A stretch of DNA of 54,125 nucleotides, taken from positions 1 to 54,125 of IMG/VR virus record IMGVR_UViG_3300048834_001323; one strand, given 5' to 3'. The position numbers were made by a program, and so were the translations under genes. The notes under the pieces are model-generated. The model worked only from the letters and a program-made list of their open reading frames with translations. It was not told where the DNA came from and ran no database searches. Every line of letters starts with the position of its first letter. Position 1 is the first letter of the stretch. Shown here piece after piece: positions 19,956-30,136 of this stretch. Source of the stretch: a virus (lineage: Duplodnaviria > Caudoviricetes).

Positions 19956-21607
19956 TGTCTTGCGATTACAAATTACGGGCAGAGCCGATGCCTGAAGAGC
20001 CGCCTGCTGGATTCACATACCAATATCAGTGGACAAGCAGCGAAGAGGGCGTTGGTGTCATTGGCGATAAGCAGGAAATCAACGTCTCGGTAGCAGACGA
20101 TCACTCCGTCACCTTTTACTGCGAAGTTTATTTAGTAGGTGAAAGTGGCGTGAAATGTTCTCTTTCCGAAGAGTATCAGATTGATTGCGGAAGCCCACCG
20201 CCGCCTGCTGACGAATGTGGATTAACGGGGACATTCGCGGCGATCAAGCACTCGAATCAACCCTCTTCCTGGACACTCAGCCTTACCGCAGAGATTGTGG
20301 GCTACCCACCATCGGTCGATCCGGTCAATGTGACTTGGGATATTTTTGCGGGGCAGCAAGTATCCGAAATTCCGGTAGCAACTGTTTACGGAGTGGGGCC
20401 AACCGCCAGTGTTCTCTACGGCAGTCTCGCTTATAGCGCGTGGTATACCATCCGTATGACAGTCGTTGATGCGCGCGGCTGCGTTGCCTCTTCAGTCCAG
20501 TTGATTAAGATTGATTCAAGTTGCCCTGACGGAAAATACTTCAATGGCCTGGAGTGCGTTGATAAACCAGATGAAGACGGCGACCCGCCTCCAACATTTC
20601 CCCCTTGCGCTGATGGGTTTCATTGGGATGTTGAAGCGAAGGCGTGCGTCCCGTCATGGTGCAGCGTTGTCCCCGGCGCTCCGGCGCAAAGAAGCGGAGG
20701 TAGGCTCGTCCCGTCAGCGATGTATGAAGAGCTTATTACGACATGGAATGAGCATTTCTGGGTGTTGTGCATCAAACCTTTGTATGGCGACTGGGAGGCT
20801 TACAACTCGGTCGACATCGCATTCACTCATCCATCCTATACCTCCAAAAACGGGAAAAACCCCATCCCTTCTCTGGTCTCATTACCTTCGCGCGGCGTTG
20901 ACATATCATCGGTCGCCAACACGCTCAAACTGGAAGCCGACAGCACCGATGCCATCATCGTTAATTTTGACCAAAAGAAAGTCAGGAACGGTTATTATCA
21001 GAAGGCGACTTACGAATTGTTTCGCGTCACGCCGAGCGACCTGTCCCTGCGATGGGTCGCTTCAAGTGGCACTATCGGGCTGTCGCAGACCGGAGAAATT
21101 GACGCCACTATCGAGTTAATATCTTGGGAAGATATGGCGCAGAAGCCGATTGGAGACGACCAGACTTATCTGTGCCGCCATCAATTCGGGGTGGGCGGAT
21201 GCCGGAACTCCATGCTCAACAATGGGCCGCTATTGGCGGATTGGACGCGCTACGGCTCAGTCATTGAAGAACACAACCGCTCACGATTTACGGTGCGATT
21301 GACGGGGACTTCAGGTTCAGGCGATGTGTTCTTCGACCGGCTCCGCGACGGTCAGGTTTATTTTGCCGGAGGCGACAACGAATACTTGATGCGCGACATC
21401 AAGCAGGGCGCATGGGTTGCTGGCAGCGGGGACGTGGTGATTACTTTGCGCGAGATCGCTAATTACTTGCCGCAGGTGGGTGATGCGGTTCATGTGATGG
21501 CAGGGTGTGTCAAGAACCCGGAGATGTGTAAGCAGTATGATAATATAAAAAATTACGGCGGATTCTTATATATCCCGTTGAGAGAGGGTGTGATGAATCG
21601 TGCCTGA
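19955..21607 (+). CDS. Tail hub protein (DUF2163/BR0599-like) with a Cys-rich N-terminal extension
   Basis: C-terminal CRHQFG..C and GCVKNPEMC..YDNIKNYGGF.YIP motifs. Confidence 0.75.
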   Translation: MSCDYKLRAEPMPEEPPAGFTYQYQWTSSEEGVGVIGDKQEINVSVADDHSVTFYCEVYLVGESGVKCSLSEEYQIDCGSPPPPADECGLTGTFAAIKHSNQPSSWTLSLTAEIVGYPPSVDPVNVTWDIFAGQQVSEIPVATVYGVGPTASVLYGSLAYSAWYTIRMTVVDARGCVASSVQLIKIDSSCPDGKYFNGLECVDKPDEDGDPPPTFPPCADGFHWDVEAKACVPSWCSVVPGAPAQRSGGRLVPSAMYEELITTWNEHFWVLCIKPLYGDWEAYNSVDIAFTHPSYTSKNGKNPIPSLVSLPSRGVDISSVANTLKLEADSTDAIIVNFDQKKVRNGYYQKATYELFRVTPSDLSLRWVASSGTIGLSQTGEIDATIELISWEDMAQKPIGDDQTYLCRHQFGVGGCRNSMLNNGPLLADWTRYGSVIEEHNRSRFTVRLTGTSGSGDVFFDRLRDGQVYFAGGDNEYLMRDIKQGAWVAGSGDVVITLREIANYLPQVGDAVHVMAGCVKNPEMCKQYDNIKNYGGFLYIPLREGVMNRA

Positions 21608-22160
21608 AGAATCCTTTATCAAATTCCTCCCCGCCCAATCATCCCGCTCCCAAATGCTCCGGGCCATCCGCCGCTATATTGGCGTGGAGTATTCCATGAG
21701 AAATGTTTATGTGCGCGAAAGGCCCGATGGTTCGCTCTACGGCAAGACCGACTGCCTGCGCCTGTTGCTCATGGCCTGCCGCGATGTCGGCTATCTGCCT
21801 CCTGAATTTAACATGAACATGAAGCGGCCAAGGGAAGCCAATGGCAGACCGCCTTCGCCATCGGACACGGTGTGGCAGATGCTCGAAACGAATTGCGAAA
21901 AAATTGATAAAGAAGCGGCGATGCCGGGAGATGTGCTGCTGATGCAGTTCGATGACGTTGATCCGCGCCTCAATGAGATACATCACGTCGCCATGAAGAC
22001 AAGTAACGATCCGTTCCCGTATGGTATGATGATTCATGCCCTCAACTCTGAAGCCGATGGTTCGGGGCGCGTTCAGGAAGTGACGATTAACCAACTTTCT
22101 TTTGGCCGCATTAAAAGTGCTTACTCGATTAAAGGAATTGTAAACGACTTATGCCAGTAG
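21600..22160 (+). CDS. NlpC/P60 tail-associated peptidase
   Basis: TDCLRL, PGDVLL, HHVA and MIHA motifs; GTA-like tail tip synteny. Confidence 0.8.
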   Translation: MPEESFIKFLPAQSSRSQMLRAIRRYIGVEYSMRNVYVRERPDGSLYGKTDCLRLLLMACRDVGYLPPEFNMNMKRPREANGRPPSPSDTVWQMLETNCEKIDKEAAMPGDVLLMQFDDVDPRLNEIHHVAMKTSNDPFPYGMMIHALNSEADGSGRVQEVTINQLSFGRIKSAYSIKGIVNDLCQ

Positions 22161-22846
22161 AGAATAAAAGAATTAGATCGTGTGATGCTACACCTGAAGA
22201 CGAATCTTTGATTTGCCTGCTTTATAATTCGGGCCTTAGCTCAATTAAAGTCGCCGCTCAGGTGGGATTTTCAAAACCGACCGTTCTGAAAGCCTTGCGC
22301 CGAAACGGGGTTGAGATCAGGAAGCATGGCAATCCTGACGCGACTTCTAAGGTATGCGTTGATTGCTCGGTTGAAAAAGAAATTGGTGAGTTTTATGTTC
22401 GTCAGCCGCGCTGTAAAAAATGTTTAATCGCTCGGAACGCGGAATACAAAAGAAATAATCGTGAATTAGTAAGGAAGTGGGGGCGGGATTATAGTAAGAG
22501 GCACAGGGCTGAAAACAGAATTAAAGATAGGATTTGGGCGGCTGATAATCCAGAAAAAGTTCGTCTCGGTAAAATGAGGGCGAGTCATAATCACCTTAAT
22601 CATAAAGGGATATGCACACTTCAGGAATGGTTAGATATTCTGGAAAAATATGATCACAAATGTTTGCGCTGCGGGTCTGAAAGCAAGATAACCCTCGACC
22701 ATATCATTCCGGCCAGCCGTGTCGGATCGAGCAATACGGCTGATAATTTACAGCCGTTATGCCATTCTTGCAATTCAGGGAAGCAGGCTAAGGTTATAGA
22801 TTACAGGCCGGATAAGTCGTGCTTAGTAAACAGGGATAAACAATGA
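22151..22846 (+). CDS. HNH endonuclease with N-terminal HTH and Zn-finger
   Basis: CLRC..TLDHIIP..GSSNTADNLQPLCHSCNSGK. Confidence 0.9.
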   Translation: MPVENKRIRSCDATPEDESLICLLYNSGLSSIKVAAQVGFSKPTVLKALRRNGVEIRKHGNPDATSKVCVDCSVEKEIGEFYVRQPRCKKCLIARNAEYKRNNRELVRKWGRDYSKRHRAENRIKDRIWAADNPEKVRLGKMRASHNHLNHKGICTLQEWLDILEKYDHKCLRCGSESKITLDHIIPASRVGSSNTADNLQPLCHSCNSGKQAKVIDYRPDKSCLVNRDKQ

Positions 22847-25182
22847 GTTCATCTGTTGGAGCGGTTGCACAACTGGGAACTGCCGTTCTTGGCGGGGTTA
22901 TTGGAGGGCCGTTGGGATATAGCGTGGGCAACCTCGTAGGCAGCCTCCTCTTCGGCCCAAAACCGCATGACACAGCCGCCCTTCAAAAGCTCCAGGTCGA
23001 AACCAGTGAATACGGCGTCTTTATCAAAGAGTTCTACGGCTCCATGCTGACGAGCGGTAACATCATTGACTGCCGCTACAAGAACGGCAAGCCCTCCGGC
23101 ATCACTACAAAGAAAAAGAAAATATCTCCTAAAGGCGGCACAGGCGCAGGCGCTCCGGCGACCGAAACCGAGATCATCGAATACTACCTCACCGCAGCCT
23201 ATCTGCTTGGTCGGGGGCCGCTCGACGTTGATAAAATCTGGATGGAAGATGATGGCGAAAAGAAACTCATCTACAACCGATACGGGGAAACCAGGAAGAA
23301 ACGGGGCTACGACCTCACGCCACAGTTAGACATCTTCGGCAACGTGGTCGCAGAGCTATCTGACAAGGTTCAGTTGTATCGCGGCCTTGAATCACAGCCG
23401 GTCAACCCCATTCTCGAAGAGTTCCACCCTGACGGCGTTCCTTCCTATCACGGCACCGCTTATGTTTTATTCAACAAACTCAAGGTCAAGAGTGTGCCGA
23501 GTTTTAGCTTCTTGGTTCGCAACAATATCACAGGCCGCAAAGAAATCGTTCAACATCGCCTGGAGCGTTGTGGCATCCCGTCCGACCGCATTGATCTCAG
23601 CCAACTCTCCGGCTCGGTCTGCGGCGCGGTTGTAGCGCAACGCGAGGGCGCGGCTCAGTTATGTGAGAGCATCGCCATCACCTCCCTGTGCGATATGGCC
23701 TTTGTGGATGGCTTGATAACGGATCGCAACCGTCAAGCCCCTCTTTTTTGGCCGCTTGTCCAAGAAGAAATGGCAGCGTTTGAAGCTGACGAAAATGGCG
23801 CGTCTGACAATGCTCCCGACCCTTACAAAGTCTCGACCATTAACGAAACGGATTTGCCAAGCCGGTTCAAGGTGCAGTTCCAGAACACCGAGCTTGATTA
23901 CGCCGATGATTCAGCCCCGGCAGATCGCAACACAGCCACTCATTTTAACGAGCAAAGCATCACCCTCCCCATCTCCGGTCAGTATGAAGATATGGTCGTT
24001 CTTTCTAAAGTGTTGATAGATGAGTTGTGGGCCGCTAAGGATTCGGCGGAACTCCCACTCTTGCCACATCGCATCAAAGCCTCTCCGGGCGACGTGTATG
24101 AACTGCCGGAGGATTCAAGATACAAATATCTCCGCATTGGCGATCAGCAGATCGGGCCGGATGGTTTGCTGTATCACAAAGCCACCTCCTACGACCCTGG
24201 CGTATACGGGCAATATCCGGTTTCTTATACGCCGCCTCACCCGCCTTCTGAAGTCGATGTTTACGAAGAGCCTCAAATCGTGATTTCAGATACAGTGGCG
24301 CTGCATGATGAAATGGCTGCGGGGCCAGGGTTTCTTTCCGGCGTTTCGGTTTCGGCAGAATCGGCGTTTGATGGCGCGCAACTTCAAAGCGATGAACTCG
24401 GCAATGTCGATTATGGGTTCAAAGCCATCATCGGCAAGACCCTCACCCCCTACTACTTCCTTGAAGAAGAAACAACACGCATCAACTACGATAAATCCAT
24501 TCGCTTGCGATTGGTCGACGGCGAATTATCTTCAACAACAGAAGAATTACTTCGCAACAAGAAAGCCAACACGATATTGATTGGTAATCTTTCGCTGCAA
24601 TTCATGGAAGCCGAGCAGGTCGATGATAATGAGTGGTTGATTACCGGCCTACTCCCAGGTCGGGACGGTTCGGATTACGTCAACTCGTCTCCGCCCAACT
24701 CGCCGGTCATGGTCATTACTGACGACGCAGGCGCTTTAGATCAAGGTGTGGTCTGGACTCCGCTGCCTTACTCAGCGCTCAATTCTTCGCACGAATACTC
24801 GGTGGTTATGAACAGTCCGAACGGAGAATTTACCGGGCCTCTGTCATTTACCCCATCGGGCAATTCGGTTAAAACACTTTCTCCTGTTCACATTCGTTTG
24901 ATCGAGCGGGTAGCCGGAGTTCATGTTAAAATTGGCTTCTCGCCGCGCACCAGACTTAATCCTAATGCGTCATGGGCAATGACCAACGAAAGTGATCCGA
25001 CTTTATTCCGAGTTGAACTCAGCGGCGGTTTGGTCAAAACGGTGAGCGATAACGAAGTGGTGTTTACAGAAGCAGAACTTATTGCTCAATACGGGTTTGT
25101 CCCCGCGTCCTTGAGTGGTAAAATTCAAGGCAAGAACAATCTGACCGGACTTGGATTTATCCGCAACTTTGAAGGACTTTAA
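22843..25182 (+). CDS. Tail tip/central fibre protein (GTA megatron-like)
   Basis: GGVIGGPLG N-terminus, SEYG..I..YG, PSYHGTAYVLF, ETDLPSR, LLPGRDGS motifs. Confidence 0.8.
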   Translation: MSSSVGAVAQLGTAVLGGVIGGPLGYSVGNLVGSLLFGPKPHDTAALQKLQVETSEYGVFIKEFYGSMLTSGNIIDCRYKNGKPSGITTKKKKISPKGGTGAGAPATETEIIEYYLTAAYLLGRGPLDVDKIWMEDDGEKKLIYNRYGETRKKRGYDLTPQLDIFGNVVAELSDKVQLYRGLESQPVNPILEEFHPDGVPSYHGTAYVLFNKLKVKSVPSFSFLVRNNITGRKEIVQHRLERCGIPSDRIDLSQLSGSVCGAVVAQREGAAQLCESIAITSLCDMAFVDGLITDRNRQAPLFWPLVQEEMAAFEADENGASDNAPDPYKVSTINETDLPSRFKVQFQNTELDYADDSAPADRNTATHFNEQSITLPISGQYEDMVVLSKVLIDELWAAKDSAELPLLPHRIKASPGDVYELPEDSRYKYLRIGDQQIGPDGLLYHKATSYDPGVYGQYPVSYTPPHPPSEVDVYEEPQIVISDTVALHDEMAAGPGFLSGVSVSAESAFDGAQLQSDELGNVDYGFKAIIGKTLTPYYFLEEETTRINYDKSIRLRLVDGELSSTTEELLRNKKANTILIGNLSLQFMEAEQVDDNEWLITGLLPGRDGSDYVNSSPPNSPVMVITDDAGALDQGVVWTPLPYSALNSSHEYSVVMNSPNGEFTGPLSFTPSGNSVKTLSPVHIRLIERVAGVHVKIGFSPRTRLNPNASWAMTNESDPTLFRVELSGGLVKTVSDNEVVFTEAELIAQYGFVPASLSGKIQGKNNLTGLGFIRNFEGL

Positions 25183-25184
25183 TC

Positions 25185-25712
25185 ATGGCTACTACAGGCG
25201 CTCCCCTTAACCTACCTTATCTTGAAGACAACGAATCCGCGCCGGAAATCCCCTGGCGCGTTGCGATGGACGCCATCAATAATGGCTTCTCTGAGTTTGA
25301 TGGCGGCGATGGCGGCGGCGGGGCTGTTTTTTCGCGCGCCCAGGCAACGGTCACTTCTTCTGGTCTCGACCCTTTGGATGCCGATGCCGCTAAAAGCATT
25401 GATTTAGGCAAAGGTGGTTTGATTTACTTAATCGAAACCAATCTCCCTGCATGGGTAACGATCTACACCAATGAAGAAGCGAGGACTAACGACCTGTCCA
25501 GAGATGTCAGCGCTGACCCTAAGAGCGGCACCGGGGTATTGGCTGAAGTCGTCACCGGCTCAGGATTATTACGCATCCCCATGTCGCCTCCCGCTACTTA
25601 CTGGAATGACGAAATGCCGATCAGCACCGCCCTTCCGGTCAAAATAGTGAGCTATTATGACATCAATGCCGAGATTGAATTAACTGTTCATTACTTAGAA
25701 ATAGAAAGTTAA
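25185..25712 (+). CDS. Putative tail protein
   Basis: LNLPYL N-terminus typical of tail-attached proteins; position. Confidence 0.55.
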   Translation: MATTGAPLNLPYLEDNESAPEIPWRVAMDAINNGFSEFDGGDGGGGAVFSRAQATVTSSGLDPLDADAAKSIDLGKGGLIYLIETNLPAWVTIYTNEEARTNDLSRDVSADPKSGTGVLAEVVTGSGLLRIPMSPPATYWNDEMPISTALPVKIVSYYDINAEIELTVHYLEIES

Positions 25713-25714
25713 TC

Positions 25715-26665
25715 GTGAATAATCTCCCTAAACAACCCATTCTTTGCTGGAAATGCGCTGCCGAAATTTGCGTGCCATGCGGTCAAGCTGCGGCGCATGA
25801 AGTCGATTGGAAAACGCGCACCGGGCTTTGCTCGAAGTGCAAGCCTCGCGTCATTGAGTGCTTCAATTTCGGCGCAGGGATCGGGGATGCCGTCACTGCG
25901 ATGTATGCCGTGTCCGGCGCGGCGGCGGCAGGGCATCAGGTCAAGTTTTATTCAGCGCAGGCACACTGGCTTTCACGCGCTTCGTTTCCCGGCGTCGAGG
26001 TCGTTCCTTCTCAAGATAAAATCGGCATAGATTTATACACCGGATACAATCAGAACTTGAAGGCCGGAACTTCGCGCAAACAGTGGTATTGCGATAACAT
26101 CTCACGCGCCGCTGGCGTGCCGAAGTTTACTCCTGCCGTTCCTAAAGTAAACAGGCGTGTCCAAGAAAAAAGAATTGCGCTTGATGATTACGTTTTACTG
26201 GCCCCGTTTTCTGCGTGGCATACGCGCGAATGGCCGGGAGTGCATTGGGCGCGATTGGCGGCGCTGCTGGCCGATAGAGGACTTCGCGTTGCGGCGATTG
26301 GCGGATGGTCGGAAGGCGCGAAGTTGGCTGAGACTTTCTCAGGCACGTCGGCGCAATACTACTACGGCTGCGATTCCGAATGGGTGCAGGACGCGATTCT
26401 CGGCGCGCGTGGCGTTGTCGGTAATGATTCCGGCATGGCGCATTTATCGGGGATGCTTGGCGTCCCGACCGTCGCCGTTCACGCACAAGTCACGGCAGAG
26501 CAACTCTGGAGCGACACCGATGTCCTCTCTGTTGCTGCGAAGAATATGAGTTGCGTCGGCTGCGGCTGGCGCATCGAAAGAGGTTGGCGTCGAGCGTGCG
26601 AAAACCAATGCAGCGCCCTTTACTCCACATCGCCCGAACAAGTCATGGAGGCATTAAATTTATGA
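25715..26665 (+). CDS. Glycosyltransferase family 9 (heptosyltransferase-like)
   Basis: GIGDAV, LLAPFS..REWP..HW, VVGNDSGMAHLSGMLGVPTV, C-terminal CxxC..C..C. Confidence 0.85.
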   Translation: MNNLPKQPILCWKCAAEICVPCGQAAAHEVDWKTRTGLCSKCKPRVIECFNFGAGIGDAVTAMYAVSGAAAAGHQVKFYSAQAHWLSRASFPGVEVVPSQDKIGIDLYTGYNQNLKAGTSRKQWYCDNISRAAGVPKFTPAVPKVNRRVQEKRIALDDYVLLAPFSAWHTREWPGVHWARLAALLADRGLRVAAIGGWSEGAKLAETFSGTSAQYYYGCDSEWVQDAILGARGVVGNDSGMAHLSGMLGVPTVAVHAQVTAEQLWSDTDVLSVAAKNMSCVGCGWRIERGWRRACENQCSALYSTSPEQVMEALNL

Positions 26666-27234
26666 GCAACGAAGCAAGCAAGGCGCTCCATCGCAGGCAG
26701 AGCAATCCGTTATACCATCGCGCGTTTCGCGGTCACGGTCTGGACATCGGCTGCGGCAACGATCCGCTCCGCGCGTGCGATTGGCCGGGAATAATTCGGT
26801 TGGACACTTTCGATAAGGAAGATGGCAACGCGGAGAATATAAATAACTTTCTCCCTTATAACAATTTCGATTTTATCCACGCTTCGCAATGCCTGGAACA
26901 CATGACCGATCCGGCTGATGCGTTTCGGAATTGGCTCAAGGTACTCAAAGTTGGCGGTTACGCAGTGATTTCCGTCCCCGACTTCGATCTTTACGAACAA
27001 GGCTTTTGGCCGTCGCGCTTCAACCCCGATCATAAAAGCACATGGAGTATGGAAGCCGCGCCGAACGAAGTAGGCGTTTGTGTTTTGAATTTTGTGCGTC
27101 AATTTAATGTTCGCACGCACCTCATTCAGCTTTGCGATCAGGGCTACGATTACAGCGTCAAAGGGCGCGACCAAACTTACGAGCATCCGGGCATTGCGGA
27201 AGCGTTCATTGAGTTCGTAGTCCAGAAGTGCTAA
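26662..27234 (+). CDS. Class I SAM-dependent methyltransferase
   Basis: GLDIGCG motif I, FDFIHASQCLEH, VLKVGG; ATGA overlap with the GT9 gene. Confidence 0.85.
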   Translation: MSNEASKALHRRQSNPLYHRAFRGHGLDIGCGNDPLRACDWPGIIRLDTFDKEDGNAENINNFLPYNNFDFIHASQCLEHMTDPADAFRNWLKVLKVGGYAVISVPDFDLYEQGFWPSRFNPDHKSTWSMEAAPNEVGVCVLNFVRQFNVRTHLIQLCDQGYDYSVKGRDQTYEHPGIAEAFIEFVVQKC

Positions 27235-27246
27235 AATAGCGGTATC

Positions 27247-27852
27247 ATGGGAAACAGCTTTGATGTGAACAATGACGTAAAAGAGCCGGGAATCCGCGAG
27301 TGCTGGAAAGTCGTCTTAGCGATGGCGTTGTTTTTCTTCGCGTTCTGCATCGGCACAGTGTTTGTCGTTCGCTACCAAATCGGCCAAGAAGAAATTGCGC
27401 GCGCCGCATTAGCGCAAAAAGAACAGTCGGGTTTAGTTAAAATCAGCGCGGCGAAAGCGGCGAAAATTACGAAGAAACGGAAAACGAAAATGGTAAAAAT
27501 TGCACTTGGAACAACGAAGCAAGCGGATTTAGTGTCCACGCTTTGCACAATAGGCGCGCAAATACATGGTGCATCGGCTATCCAATACGGAATTCGGCCT
27601 CGCGGTGGCGGCGCTTGGGTAAAGCTGTATGACAGCGGCTCGCCACCATCGGATTGGGGCGTTGACGGTAGTGATAACGTGAAGGCGTCGGCTGATATTC
27701 CCCCCGGCGAATACGAATCGGTTTATGAAGTTCCTTATTCTTGCGACCCCGGCGGCCCCGATGCTCCCGGTTCCGGCACAGCGCAAAGAATTTGTGAATT
27801 TGAAGTCGTTTGCATCGAAAAAGTAGTCATCACTGCGACGAAAATCGACTAA
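27247..27852 (+). CDS. Hypothetical protein (N-terminal TM helix, Cys-containing beta domain); start uncertain
   Basis: ORF fills the gap between the methyltransferase and the GS-repeat gene. Confidence 0.5.
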   Translation: MGNSFDVNNDVKEPGIRECWKVVLAMALFFFAFCIGTVFVVRYQIGQEEIARAALAQKEQSGLVKISAAKAAKITKKRKTKMVKIALGTTKQADLVSTLCTIGAQIHGASAIQYGIRPRGGGAWVKLYDSGSPPSDWGVDGSDNVKASADIPPGEYESVYEVPYSCDPGGPDAPGSGTAQRICEFEVVCIEKVVITATKID

Positions 27853-27857
27853 ACATC

Positions 27858-29162
27858 ATGCCTCTCGATACCGACATCCCCTATCCCGAAGCGTGCAAAC
27901 AGGCGATCCGTATTTTGCGCTTGCGCGGCGTGCCGCCTGAGCTTTGGCCGGAAGAATACAGTCTGCTCGATTTGTATTACCATGATTCCGGCTCCGGCTC
28001 AGGGAGTGGCTCTGGTTCTTCTTGGACACTGATTTCATCCGGCATCGGCATCGGTGAACCGCGTGACATCGTGACGGGCTTCGACCTGACGCTTCCTTTT
28101 TGGATTCGCTTTGAAGGCGTGCAAGGCTCCGGCTCTGGTAGTGGTAGCGGCAGCGGCTCAGGTAGTGGTAGCGGCAGTGGAAGCGGCTCAGGTAGCGGTT
28201 CTGGTAGCGGCAGCGGCTCAGGTAGCGGTTCCGGTAGCGGTAGCGGCTCTGGCAGCGGTTCCGGCTCCGGCTCCGGCTCTGGCTCCGGTAGCGGCTCTGG
28301 CAGCGGCTCCGGCTCTGGCTCCGGCTCTGGCTCCGGCTCCGGCTCCGGCTCCGGCTCAGGTAGCGGCTCCGGTTCGGGAAGTGGGTCAGGCTCAGGCTGG
28401 AAGGACGACGACGGCGACGGCTGGCCGGATATTCCGGGAGGCGATCCTGACGATGATAATCCTGATGTTGGCGGCTTTATTGGCGATCCATCTGACGACT
28501 GGCCCGGAACTAATGGCGGCACAGGCGGCGATGGTATTGATGATGCGGGAAACACCAGTGCGACTGGATGCAAATACACGCTCTCGGCAAACCCGTTCCC
28601 CGAAGATGGCACCTATACCTATCAGTGGTATCTGGTCAATAACTTCATCAATACGACCATCGGGAGTCCTCCCGATGATTACGTGACGCCCGTAACAATG
28701 GGGACAAGCCAAACGCAAACGGTCGCCATCGCCTGCGGTAGAACGGCGGTTTATCAAGCGGACGTAACGCGCATGAGCGGCGAAACAGAACTTTGCACCA
28801 AGTCCGTCATTAGCCGCGTGATGTGTTCTTGCGGGGATTGTGATTTTGAGGTGACGAGCTTCCCGGCATCCGGCACTAAGGGTTCGTCTATTACAGTTGA
28901 GGGTTCAGGGCTTCAAGACACTTTCCTGTATCTCAACAGTGTGAGCGGGGATAAATTCTCTTCGATTAGCCAGAACACCAGTGACGACAACACTATCTCG
29001 TTTACGGTTCCTTCGACATGGAGCAATGGCTCAGGCTTTACGTCTATACCGAACGACACAGAAGTAACCATTTGGATATACGACAGGCTCGTAAGTCCGA
29101 CCTGCCGTAAGGGCTTCCCCTTCACAATCAACCCCTCCGGCAGCGGCAGCGGTGGCGGCTAA
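27858..29162 (+). CDS. Putative virion protein with poly(Gly-Ser) tract and Ig/IPT-like domains
   Basis: About 45 GS pairs, acidic DxDGDG stretch, C-terminal [20 protein letters not shown]; ATG 27858. Confidence 0.7.
   Translation: MPLDTDIPYPEACKQAIRILRLRGVPPELWPEEYSLLDLYYHDSGSGSGSGSGSSWTLISSGIGIGEPRDIVTGFDLTLPFWIRFEGVQGSGSGSGSGSGSGSGSGSGSGSGSGSGSGSGSGSGSGSGSGSGSGSGSGSGSGSGSGSGSGSGSGSGSGSGSGSGSGSGSGSGSGSGSGSGWKDDDGDGWPDIPGGDPDDDNPDVGGFIGDPSDDWPGTNGGTGGDGIDDAGNTSATGCKYTLSANPFPEDGTYTYQWYLVNNFINTTIGSPPDDYVTPVTMGTSQTQTVAIACGRTAVYQADVTRMSGETELCTKSVISRVMCSCGDCDFEVTSFPASGTKGSSITVEGSGLQDTFLYLNSVSGDKFSSISQNTSDDNTISFTVPSTWSNGSGFTSIPNDTEVTIWIYDRLVSPTCRKGFPFTINPSGSGSGGG
28125..28397 (+). repeat. Gly-Ser codon repeat (91 codons, synonymous variation)
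   Basis: GGN-TCN/AGY hexamer repeats with mixed codons. Confidence 0.95.
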
Positions 29163-29167
29163 ATATT

Positions 29168-30136
29168 ATGGAAAATTATTGGGGTAATTACACAGTCGTT
29201 AGTGAGGAGTGTGCGTCGGTCGAGCAGCCTGATCCGGGACAGCTTTGGCCTCGCGGCGGGGACAGGCGCGGCCATGAAGAGGGTGCCGGTCATATTATTC
29301 AGGATGAAGGCACCTCGCAAACCGCCAGGTCGAAACTGAACTTTGTCGGCGCGGGCGTGACGGTGACGGACGACAGCGGCGATGATGCGACAGTCGTTAC
29401 GATTACCGATACTCCCACCGTCACTGCCTGCCAGCGCGACATCACGCAAACCGCGCACGGCCTCGCGCTCGGCGACATTGCGAAATTCGACACCGCTTTC
29501 ACCAAAGCCAAAGCGGACGCAGCCGCGAACGCCGACGTGATTGGCATAGTTTCGGCAGTCGCGGATAGCGATAATTTCACACTGGTATCAGATGGTTTTG
29601 TAACCGATTTGTCGGGTTTGACTGAGGGGCTTTATTTTCTCGATCCCACAACGGCGGGTGCAATGACGCAAACCGCGCCGACCTCGCCGGGGCAAGTCTC
29701 CAAGCCGGTATTTTTCTCGGTTTCGACAACGTCGGGTTATATCCTAAACCAGCGCGGCATCGTCATTCCGACGCCTGCCGATATTCACGAAACTTTAACT
29801 ATTCCCGTTTCTGACAACACGACCGAGCTTGTGACAGGAGCTTCGGACATGGCGTTCCCGATGCCGTTTAATTTCACGCTGCAAAGTATAAAGGCGAATG
29901 TGACAGGAGCATCGAGCAGCGGCGCAGTTACGATTGACGTGAAGAAAAACGGCACGACTATTCTCTCTACGAAAATCACGATTGACGCGAGCGAAAAAAC
30001 GAGCCTCGCAGCGGCAACAGCAGCGGTTATCAGCGTCACGTCATTCAGCATTGACGACGAACTTACATTCAGCATTGACGCGGCTGGAACCGGCGCGTTT
30101 GGCGCGACGGTGACGCTACAAGGAGTTCGCGCATGA
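29168..30136 (+). CDS. Tail fibre/receptor-binding protein
   Basis: IQDEG..RSKLNFVGAGVTVTDD, ITQTAHGL..KAKAD..VIGIV and TIDVKKNGTTILSTKITID modules common in fibre proteins. Confidence 0.7.
   Translation: MENYWGNYTVVSEECASVEQPDPGQLWPRGGDRRGHEEGAGHIIQDEGTSQTARSKLNFVGAGVTVTDDSGDDATVVTITDTPTVTACQRDITQTAHGLALGDIAKFDTAFTKAKADAAANADVIGIVSAVADSDNFTLVSDGFVTDLSGLTEGLYFLDPTTAGAMTQTAPTSPGQVSKPVFFSVSTTSGYILNQRGIVIPTPADIHETLTIPVSDNTTELVTGASDMAFPMPFNFTLQSIKANVTGASSSGAVTIDVKKNGTTILSTKITIDASEKTSLAAATAAVISVTSFSIDDELTFSIDAAGTGAFGATVTLQGVRA

Noticed and set aside
27977-28686. Pro-Glu repeat (-) and Ala-Pro/Val repeat (+) ORFs
   Set aside because: Alternative frames of the Gly-Ser tract; synonymous variation preserves only the GS frame
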